From positions 1-22,946 of the forward strand of contig JBDKUN010000060.1 of NCBI GenBank assembly GCA_039679675.1: DNA of 22,946 nucleotides. Reading direction: 5' to 3'. This stretch comes from Armatimonadota bacterium. Lineage in GTDB: Bacteria > Armatimonadota > UBA5829 > DTLH01. How positions within the stretch are numbered: position 1 is the first letter of the stretch; every line of letters begins with the position of its first letter. Positions 15,810-22,946 of the stretch are shown here, in pieces. The notes below the pieces were generated by a model, which saw nothing but the letters and a program-made list of their open reading frames with translations, ran no database searches and had not been told where the DNA came from. The translations under genes were made by a program, and so were the position numbers.

Positions 15810-17000
15810 TTAGCCTGGCCACCAAACCGCCGACAAGCATCCCGGCCCAGTGTCGAATATCTTCTTTCCGGTGCGGCCACCCGACACATCGAATGTCCAG
15901 AACACAAACCGGTCTCTTCGGTTGTCCACGACGGCCTCACCTCCCCAAATAGCTTGTCCCCGAAGCACTACCTTGGATATGTCCCCTAACCAGCCTGCCG
16001 TTTCCATAAGCATGATGGAACCACCGTTAGGCTGGATGCTCAGATAGGACGTGCTCCATTTTGCGATGCGCTGGAACGCGCTGCCGTTGAAACGGAAAAC
16101 ATACAGAGCCTTGTCATCGTTGATGTGCGGTTCGCCGTATGAGTATGATGAGAGCGCAGCCATCCACGACCCATTTAGCTGAGGCTGGAGTATAACGTCC
16201 CAAGGGTCATTGTGCGAGCGGTTGACAGACAATCTCTTGGTCATTCCACCGGGCTTGTATAATAGGACTCCTATGCCATCGCACAGGGCGTAGCCGGAGT
16301 TATTCCCAAACTCGGCTATCTCATCAATACTGTCGTGCCACTTGAAGAGAACCCGACGTCGTCCGATCACCGGCTGAGCGTATACTACCGACCCTTTCTC
16401 TGCTGGTAATACTAAGATGATCTCATCACGTTTTGCCGACCAAGCCACACAGGTGAGTTCTGAATACCCTGAGTAAGCCCTCATACGACCAGCGACAGCA
16501 TCATAGATTCGCACCGGCCCTTCAGAGTAAGGGTCTATGATTGCAAGATACCTGTCTGAACCAGACCACAGCAATTGGTCGTTTGTGAAGCCAGAGTATA
16601 TAACTTTAACCTGTCTGGTCTTCCTATCCCACAGTCGAAGACCCTTCGGTATCCTCGTAATTGTCGGCTCACCCGGTGAGTCACCTTCTGATATTGTAAT
16701 CGTCGAGTTCTGACCTATTGCGATGTAGCGCCCATCGTGTGAGACTGCTATGCTTGCATCGCTGAAATCCTCAAGCGCTCCATTGAAGAACCCGTTTATG
16801 AGAATCGACCGTTTGCCCAACGACAGATCGGTCTCCACAAGATCCACGCGACCTGAGCGTGGGGCAAGTGCTCCATCGGCGCTGCTCTTCGCAAGATCGG
16901 CGGAATGTAGATAAACCACTCTTCCAAGGCCGGCCTGAGCAGCCGAAACAGACATAACCGAAAGCACAAGGCATATCAGCACAAGATTTCGCATAGCCAT
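15810..17000 (-). CDS. Secreted hypothetical protein, probable WD40/TolB-like beta-propeller
   Basis: Signal peptide MRNLVLICLVLSVMSVSAAQA. Blade-like motifs IAVSHDGRYIAI, LRLWD, LLWSGSDRYLAI, VRIYD and VAWS. GAGGAG RBS favours ATG 17000 or 16994 over 17018. Confidence 0.7.
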   Translation of the reverse strand: MAMRNLVLICLVLSVMSVSAAQAGLGRVVYLHSADLAKSSADGALAPRSGRVDLVETDLSLGKRSILINGFFNGALEDFSDASIAVSHDGRYIAIGQNSTITISEGDSPGEPTITRIPKGLRLWDRKTRQVKVIYSGFTNDQLLWSGSDRYLAIIDPYSEGPVRIYDAVAGRMRAYSGYSELTCVAWSAKRDEIILVLPAEKGSVVYAQPVIGRRRVLFKWHDSIDEIAEFGNNSGYALCDGIGVLLYKPGGMTKRLSVNRSHNDPWDVILQPQLNGSWMAALSSYSYGEPHINDDKALYVFRFNGSAFQRIAKWSTSYLSIQPNGGSIMLMETAGWLGDISKVVLRGQAIWGGEAVVDNRRDRFVFWTFDVSGGRTGKKIFDTGPGCLSAVWWPG

Positions 17001-17143
17001 CACGCTCCTCGCAGTCATTACACATGATAGCCAGACGGGTAATAAGGCACTGGATTGCGCGTATTCATACCAGCGGATTTTCTCTGCCCGATGCCAGGGT
17101 TACGAACTCGCACCGAATGCAGATTCGAACCCCTGATCCTGCA

Positions 17144-18022
17144 TTACTTTCCACCCATACCTGAGAGTTTGATGCCTTCGACGAAGTATCTCTGGTTGAA
17201 GATGAAGAGGAGCAGCACCGGGATAAGTGCGATCACCGATCCTGCCATCAACTGTGTATAGTTCGTGGAGTGCTGGCCGACGAACTCGCGGAGCCCGATG
17301 GGCAGTGTCCTCATTTCAGCGGTGATCGTTACGACCAACGGCCACATGTATGAGCCCCAGAACCCCATGAACGTGAATGTCGTGAGCGTCGCAAGCGCCG
17401 GTTTCGAAAGCGGCAGGATAACACGCGCCCATATTCCAAGATGTCCTGAACCGTCGATCTTTGCAGCGTCTTCAAGCTCGGTCGGAAGCCCCATGAAGAA
17501 CTGCCGGAGCATGAACGTCCCGTAAGCGCTGAAAAGTCCGGGGATGATGAGCGCCTGATATGTGTTGACCCAGCCGAATGTCCTCATAATCACGAACACA
17601 GGGATCATTGTGACCGAGCCTGGGATCATCATAGTGGCGAGGTACGCGAAAAACAGCTTGTCCCTGCCGGGGAATTTCAATCGGGAGAATGCGTAGGCTG
17701 CCATCGCGCTCGTCATGACCTGGCCGAACGTTCCGACTATCGCGACAAATATGCTGGTCAGATAAAGCCTGAAAAAGTTGATCTCATGCCAAGCATCGGG
17801 GTAATTCCCCCACCAGGCGCGGATCGCTTCGCCGTTCACCTTGGTGTCATGCCAGGAAAAATACTTCGGCATCAGGTTTATGCCGCCCCCCGGCGCGAAC
17901 ACTTCGCTCGGCTGTTTGATAGAGGTGCTTATCATCCATAACAGCGGTATCAGCATACTCACAGCACCGATAGTCAATATCGCATAAAGGGCAATCTTCT
18001 TGCCCAGGCTCAGTCTAGTCAT
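17144..18022 (-). CDS. Carbohydrate ABC transporter permease (MalG-type)
   Basis: PLLWMISTSIK, AAYAFSRLKFPGR, EAA loop LPTELEDAAKIDG and FNQRYFVEG. Confidence 0.95.
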   Translation of the reverse strand: MTRLSLGKKIALYAILTIGAVSMLIPLLWMISTSIKQPSEVFAPGGGINLMPKYFSWHDTKVNGEAIRAWWGNYPDAWHEINFFRLYLTSIFVAIVGTFGQVMTSAMAAYAFSRLKFPGRDKLFFAYLATMMIPGSVTMIPVFVIMRTFGWVNTYQALIIPGLFSAYGTFMLRQFFMGLPTELEDAAKIDGSGHLGIWARVILPLSKPALATLTTFTFMGFWGSYMWPLVVTITAEMRTLPIGLREFVGQHSTNYTQLMAGSVIALIPVLLLFIFNQRYFVEGIKLSGMGGK

Positions 18023-19211
18023 ACGTTACCACTCTTCCGCCCAGTTTCCACGTAATCAGCGTAAGTATAAAGATCACCGCGAACAGGAACCACGCAATCG
18101 CAGAGGCGTATCCCATGTTGAACTTCTGGAACGCTGTCTGGTAAAGGTAATACTCGACAGTTGTCGTCGAACCCGCAGGGCCGCCGCCAGTCATCACATC
18201 AGCCGTCATGAACCCGCCCTGGAAGCCTCCGATCACACTCATGATGAGGACAAAAAACGTGGTCGGGCTGATCATCGGCCATGTGACCGACCAGAACTTG
18301 CCCCACGGACCGGCTCCGTCGATTTCTGCGGCTTCGTAGTATGAGCTTGGCACTCCCTGAAGTGCCGCGAGATACAGGATCATATTGAAACCGCCGAGGC
18401 CGCCCCATACACCCATTATGATGAGCGATGGTTTTGCCCACTGGACCGTGTCGAGCCATTTTGGCGGGGTCATCATGAATGCGTTCAGTGCTCCGTAAAG
18501 GCTGCGTCCATACGCGCCTATAAGTATGAAGATTGCCGCACCCGCGATTACTACAAGCACTTTGAACAGAGCATCGGCCCCTCCATAATCGAGCTTGTCG
18601 AGTATCCACCGCAGAAGTGAAAGCAACATGGCGATGACTGCCGTCACTATCGCCCCAATTATAACTGCACACAGGATAGTAAACCCTATCGCGAGCAGCT
18701 TATTGGAGTAGATGGTCTCTCCTGCCAGCCGCAGGCTCTTATTGATAAGCCCGATATCCGCGTTGAACAGATACTTCCAGAGGATCAATAGCGCCACGCC
18801 GGAACATACCGTAGGTAAAAAGTAGATTGTCCGAAAAACTGCGATTCCCTTCAGCTTCTGGTTCATCAACAGCGCCACAATCAGGCTTCCAGCCATACCG
18901 ACAGGTATGCCTATCATCAGAAAGACCGTGTTATATACATACTGCCAGAAGAACGGGTCGTTTGCGATCAGCTTGCCTGCTTCTCTGTGAAAGCCCAGAA
19001 GGTTGGTGAAGTTATCGAACCCTACCCAGGTTGGCGGTTTGAAAATATTCCAGTGGCAGAATGCCATAGCGAGCGATACGATGACTGGCACCGAGGTGAA
19101 TAAAAGAAACCCCAGCAAGTTCGGAGCCAGGAATCCGAGTGCCGCGAGTGTTTCGCGCCTCCGGCTGGACATATCGCGGGTCTTTTTTGCTTGTCTCTTA
19201 TGTTTGGACAT
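18015..19211 (-). CDS. Carbohydrate ABC transporter permease (MalF-type) with internal insertion
   Basis: FLAPNL, WVGFDNF, FRTIYFLP, EAA loop LQGVPSSYYEAAEIDGA and MGYASAIAW. ATG 19211, 8 nt after the upstream stop, is preferred to 19256. Confidence 0.93.
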   Translation of the reverse strand: MSKHKRQAKKTRDMSSRRRETLAALGFLAPNLLGFLLFTSVPVIVSLAMAFCHWNIFKPPTWVGFDNFTNLLGFHREAGKLIANDPFFWQYVYNTVFLMIGIPVGMAGSLIVALLMNQKLKGIAVFRTIYFLPTVCSGVALLILWKYLFNADIGLINKSLRLAGETIYSNKLLAIGFTILCAVIIGAIVTAVIAMLLSLLRWILDKLDYGGADALFKVLVVIAGAAIFILIGAYGRSLYGALNAFMMTPPKWLDTVQWAKPSLIIMGVWGGLGGFNMILYLAALQGVPSSYYEAAEIDGAGPWGKFWSVTWPMISPTTFFVLIMSVIGGFQGGFMTADVMTGGGPAGSTTTVEYYLYQTAFQKFNMGYASAIAWFLFAVIFILTLITWKLGGRVVTYD

Positions 19212-19219
19212 ATTTTTAC

Positions 19220-20563
19220 TCAGTTCAGGAAGTTCGGGTTTGCTATGTTGCGGCATATAATGGCGTTTATACGCTTGGCGATCTTGTCACAGGCTTGATC
19301 GGGTGTCTGTGCCTGCAGCCACATATTGTCCAGTTCCCTGCCAACCACAGCTCCAACGTCCATGGAATTGATATATGGAGAGAACTCCGGCGCATGGGCG
19401 TATTTCATCTCATTCATATGGAGTTGATTGTTCTTCTCGTTAGGATACTCCGGGTTGTAACTGAAAGCTTTTTGAACCTCAGGAGTATTCAAAGTAGGAA
19501 TTCCATCACCGTAGTTAGCCAGGAGCATCTGGTTGTCCTTGCTCAGGAGGTGCCGGATGAAGGTTAAGGCGGCCTTCTTGTTGCGGCACGACTTCGGGAT
19601 AGCGTAGGACTTGCTCGCAAGAAGAGTGATCCGGTTCGGGCCATGCGGTACGCTTACCACATCCCAGTCCAAGTCTTTCTGTTCTCGATACTGGATGCTG
19701 AGCCAGCGTCCTGAGATAGTCATAGCGACCATAGACTCTCTAAAGAGCAGTGCATCGGTCCCCCATGCGCCTGTCGGAGCCATACTCTGCGCCTCACTGG
19801 AGGTCGGAAGCACGTGATATTTGAGCCTGAGATCAGCCCAATACCGAATGCCCCTTTTGACCTCTGGCGAGTCCATCGTGCAGGTCTTGCCATCAGGGCT
19901 GAACATATGTCCGCCATACATCCAGATGAAGAACCACCAATCGGTGTTATTGACGTAAAGTCCTTTGCGGATTGGCACCTCTCGGCCGTCCACAATCTTA
20001 TATTTTGTAAGTTTTTTCGCGACAGCAAGACACTCGTCCCAGGTCCAGTTGGGCTTAGGGTAAGGAATACCGGCCTCACGGAATAGCTTTTTGTTGTAGA
20101 AGAGCACAAAAGGCCCGCAGTTTTCGGGAATTCCGACTATTTTGCCCTGGTAGTAGATGTAAGGCTTCAGGCATGGATACAGCTTGTCTACGGGCAGGCC
20201 ATATTCCTTTACGTATGGTGTCAAATCCTCAAGTACATCATTCCTGGCGAAAAGCCGGATGGACTGTGGTTCATAAAGCGCCATCACATCCGGCGGCACG
20301 TCCCCAGCGAGCTGTGTTAGAAGCCTTTGGCCATCCGCGCCTGGGTCGTTGATGACGTCTATGTCAGGATGCTCTGCTTCGAAGAGTTTTATCTGCTCTT
20401 TGCGCGCAGGGCTTGGGTCAACGCACCAGCGGATGATGGTCTTACCCTTGACCGTAGGATATGCCGTGGCGTAGAGGTAGATGCCCATAACGACTACGGC
20501 TGCAACAGCCGCAGCAATACCTGCGACCCTTAATACATTCTTAAAATTGCTATTCTTTTCCAC
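19220..20563 (-). CDS. Sugar ABC transporter substrate-binding protein (family 1) with N-terminal membrane anchor
   Basis: Hydrophobic N-terminal helix, then FEAEHPDIDV, AGDVPPDV, LEDLTPY, LFYNKKLFREAGIPYP..WTWDE, AMTISGRW and WDVVSVP. Confidence 0.93.
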   Translation of the reverse strand: MEKNSNFKNVLRVAGIAAAVAAVVVMGIYLYATAYPTVKGKTIIRWCVDPSPARKEQIKLFEAEHPDIDVINDPGADGQRLLTQLAGDVPPDVMALYEPQSIRLFARNDVLEDLTPYVKEYGLPVDKLYPCLKPYIYYQGKIVGIPENCGPFVLFYNKKLFREAGIPYPKPNWTWDECLAVAKKLTKYKIVDGREVPIRKGLYVNNTDWWFFIWMYGGHMFSPDGKTCTMDSPEVKRGIRYWADLRLKYHVLPTSSEAQSMAPTGAWGTDALLFRESMVAMTISGRWLSIQYREQKDLDWDVVSVPHGPNRITLLASKSYAIPKSCRNKKAALTFIRHLLSKDNQMLLANYGDGIPTLNTPEVQKAFSYNPEYPNEKNNQLHMNEMKYAHAPEFSPYINSMDVGAVVGRELDNMWLQAQTPDQACDKIAKRINAIICRNIANPNFLN

Positions 20564-20569
20564 GAGTAC

Positions 20570-20599
20570 ATTCTAGCTTAACTGTTATAGCACGTGCAA
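20570..20599 (-). promoter_or_regulatory. Sigma70-like promoter TTGCAC-N18-TAGAAT, 6 nt upstream of the GTG start
   Basis: Minus strand reads TTGCAC gtgctataacagttaagc TAGAAT gtactc GTG. No SD sequence. Confidence 0.6.
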
Positions 20600-20606
20600 G
20601 CGGCGT

Positions 20607-21797
20607 TTAGGTCCTGCTTTGCTGCGGCTTTCCGACGTTCATTCCGAATACTGCCAGCACCGACATAGCCACAACGACCGCGCCGCCGTAGAAGGCCACG
20701 GCATAACCGTATTTCGCCCAAAGCAGGCCGCCGACCAGTGGCACGGCCACCGCTGCGGCGTGGTTAAATGACACACCCATGGCAAGTGTCGGGTGCAGGT
20801 CCTGAGGTTTTGCAATCTTTTGCAGATATGTCGTCGAGCCGATGCTGCCGATATAAAACAGGTTGTCCAGACAGTAGAGTATGTATAAAACCAGTGGAAT
20901 TCCAACAGATGCATAGCCGATAAACACTGGAATAGCCGCGGAGTAGCAGACGAGGAGCACTTTCTTCTCTCCGAACCTGTCCACCATCTTTCCGATCCAT
21001 TCTGATGTGCCGAAATTGATGATGTTGTTGACTATCATCAGCCCTGCGACCACCGGAAGCGGCGTGTGGTAGTTCCGCACAAGAAGAAATACTGCAAAAG
21101 TCATAAATACCTGTTTGCGGCAGCCTTCCAGCAGAGTCAGAACGTAGTAAAGTCCATATTTAGGGTTGAAGACCATCCTGGGCTTCTCTGCCTGTCCGAT
21201 ATTCTTCGATATGGCAAGGATAGCGAATGCACCGGCGAGGATCGTGAGCCCTGCAATAAGAAAAATGTTGCGGAAACCGATTTTATTGCCTGCGAAAAGC
21301 ACAAGGACCATTCCGAGGATTGTTCCGAGTGCAGAAATAGCCATCAACTGTCCGAGCCGCCGTCCTTTGCTGTTTTCTTCGGCGAGAGCAAGGGTCATCG
21401 ATGGTTGGAGCGTCATCCATGCGTGAAGCCCCACGCTCCACACAAGCGACCAGATTATGAGCGACGGAAGGCTACCGACACCGTAAAAGGCTCCGATTCC
21501 TACTGCAAAGAGTATGAGCGCGCCTGCTGCCACAATAGGTTCGGCAATCCGCATCGTAAGCGCCGCAATGAAAACGATCAGAAATCCGGGAGTCTCCCGG
21601 ATAGATTCCACAATTCCCAACTCTCCCGGTTTCAGGTTCAATACCTGCACGATGAAGTTGTTATAAGCGGCGTTGAACGCGCCGAACCCGAACATCGCCC
21701 AGAACAATCCGAATGATAAAAGCCTGAGGTCTCTTGTTCCGCGTTTTTTGAGTGAGCTGATCCAGCGGGGGAAGGTGTCTTTGGGGTTGAGTTCCAT
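20607..21797 (-). CDS. MFS transporter
   Basis: About 12 hydrophobic segments, IRETPG, motif A-like GKMVDRFGEK in the second half, and AGGAG upstream. Confidence 0.9.
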   Translation of the reverse strand: MELNPKDTFPRWISSLKKRGTRDLRLLSFGLFWAMFGFGAFNAAYNNFIVQVLNLKPGELGIVESIRETPGFLIVFIAALTMRIAEPIVAAGALILFAVGIGAFYGVGSLPSLIIWSLVWSVGLHAWMTLQPSMTLALAEENSKGRRLGQLMAISALGTILGMVLVLFAGNKIGFRNIFLIAGLTILAGAFAILAISKNIGQAEKPRMVFNPKYGLYYVLTLLEGCRKQVFMTFAVFLLVRNYHTPLPVVAGLMIVNNIINFGTSEWIGKMVDRFGEKKVLLVCYSAAIPVFIGYASVGIPLVLYILYCLDNLFYIGSIGSTTYLQKIAKPQDLHPTLAMGVSFNHAAAVAVPLVGGLLWAKYGYAVAFYGGAVVVAMSVLAVFGMNVGKPQQSRT

Positions 21798-21835
21798 TAT
21801 TTAGATAATCTCCTAAGTTTCAACCCTAATTATAC

Positions 21836-21870
21836 AAAAAAGCAGAGCATATAATAAACTGCTCTGCTTT
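21836..21870 (-). terminator. Intrinsic terminator downstream of the HEAT-repeat gene
   Basis: Minus strand reads AAAGCAGAGCA-GTTTATTATA-TGCTCTGCTTTTTT. A TATAAT for the MFS gene follows immediately. Confidence 0.75.
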
Positions 21871-21944
21871 CAATATTTACCGTTCAGCTTTTGAATCGCG
21901 AAATGCGCGAAGAAGCACGAAAAACGCAAAACTCAACACCTGCA

Positions 21945-21978
21945 GTGTCGGCTTCGGCAGCAAGCAGTCCGAAGCAAC
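21945..21978 (+). repeat. Diverged repeat B copy
   Basis: GTGTCGGCTTCGG-CAGCAAGCAGT-CCGAAGCAAC shares the GCTTCGG/CCGAAGC arms and a TGTCG leader with 9520-9556. Confidence 0.6.
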
Positions 21979-21983
21979 TAAAA

Positions 21984-22433
21984 CTACATACTTATAGATG
22001 CCCTAATCTGGCCAAGAGCTTCTTCAACCCATTCCTTGAAAATTTGGCCATCTTTTTCCTTATCGAATTGCCGATCCCTCGCCTTTTCAAGCGCCGCGAG
22101 CGCTTCATTACAGGGCATCGATACCAGCCCGTCCAGAACTGATTTCCAGACTTGGGGATCATTATCAGCAAGAGCTTGTGAAAGAAAGGGAATTGTCTCA
22201 GGTAATCCGAATTGCCATACGACTTTAACCAGCGTTGCTCTCATATTTGGGCACGATTCAGTATTAAATGCTTCTATCAGCTCTGGCAGTACCGCTGGAC
22301 CAGCTTCGACAAGTGAATGGTAAGCATTTTCAGCATCACCTTCCCTGAGCTCGCGAAGGTAGTGTTCGAGATAGTTGTTATTGCTACAGGTCATAAGATG
22401 AGCCCCCATACTGTCACCAGATATGTTAGTCAT
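21984..22433 (-). CDS. HEAT-repeat (HEAT_2-like) protein
   Basis: AVLPELIEAF..PNMRATLVKVVWQFG..ETIPFLSQALADNDPQVWKSVLDGL..EALAALEKA. Start uncertain (22433, 22409 or 22394). Confidence 0.75.
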   Translation of the reverse strand: MTNISGDSMGAHLMTCSNNNYLEHYLRELREGDAENAYHSLVEAGPAVLPELIEAFNTESCPNMRATLVKVVWQFGLPETIPFLSQALADNDPQVWKSVLDGLVSMPCNEALAALEKARDRQFDKEKDGQIFKEWVEEALGQIRASISM

Positions 22434-22461
22434 TGTTAACAGATATAAAAGTCACAGCAGC

Positions 22462-22854
22462 CTACTTCTTCCTGAAAAAGTATACAAAAGCATCAGGTTT
22501 AGTAAGAAGCACAATAAAACCGAAATAGGAGATAATATAAAACAGCATAAATGGAGAAACAAATAGGCTCTTCCTAACGATAAATATTGTTATAATTCGG
22601 AGTGGCCACACGACTAAGATCAGAATCCGCCCCCATCTAAGCCCTTTTAGAATACCAAAGCCGGATATTGCCATAAGCAGGCTAAAAATCAATATAGTAG
22701 CATGGGTCTGACCGGATGTATGAAGCGCTTGTAACATCTCATAATCATGTATTGGTAATGCAATCAGCCCGTTAATAAACTCCAGAGAACCTGCGACTGC
22801 TAAAAGGATTCCGACTGATCTAAGTAGCCTCCGTTGGTTTCAGTAGGCTTCCAT
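22462..22854 (-). pseudogene. Small multi-TM membrane protein, apparently interrupted by an in-frame TGA at codon 5
   Basis: Manual translation upstream of ATG 22737 gives MEAY*NQRRLLRSVGILLAVAGSLEFINGLIALPIHDYE in frame with the 91-aa hydrophobic ORF. ATG at 22854, TGA at 22842-22840. Confidence 0.5.
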
Positions 22855-22946
22855 AGGGAAAGAGATATCGGAGGTACTATTCCGATGGATGTCTTTCCTC
22901 TTGCTACTGAAGACCGACAATATCTTGAATATGTATTTCGGACAAC

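Noticed and set aside
17095..17135. tRNA-like GGTTCGAATC on the minus strand
   Set aside because: The T stem does not close and there is no acceptor, D or anticodon arm. It is explained as one arm of an inverted repeat.
21066..21716. 216-aa plus-strand ORF and other short overlapping ORFs across the window
   Set aside because: Antisense or alternate-frame shadows of well-supported genes.

Overview
Bacterial chromosomal window. The lineage is probably Armatimonadota; this is inferred from recalled protein families and was not searched. Housekeeping blocks (prsA-like/nadC/birA/apgM; cmk-plsC; a CUT1 carbohydrate ABC transporter and an MFS transporter) alternate with accessory genes. The accessory genes are a 5'-truncated prepilin-like H-X9-DG protein, a Kp43-like S8 protease with an extra C-terminal domain, a small Cys-rich protein, a tandem pair of paralogous ~70-aa proteins, two glycoside-hydrolase-like genes, a secreted di-heme cytochrome c, a Met-rich DUF305/CopM-like protein, a secreted beta-propeller, a HEAT-repeat protein and a membrane-protein gene interrupted by a stop codon. 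No rRNA, tRNA, CRISPR array, transposase or integrase was found. Notable signals: (1) two families of palindromic repeats bracket a GH-A hydrolase gene in a mirrored A-B-[gene]-B-A order, with stem-preserving substitutions and a further copy about 10 kb away; (2) the same SigB/SigF-like motif GTTT-N16-GGGTA precedes the paralog pair and the di-heme cytochrome c/DUF305 module, suggesting a stress regulon; (3) cmk and the ABC solute-binding gene have leaderless-mRNA geometry; (4) the MalF-type permease has an ~80-aa insertion with two predicted TM helices.
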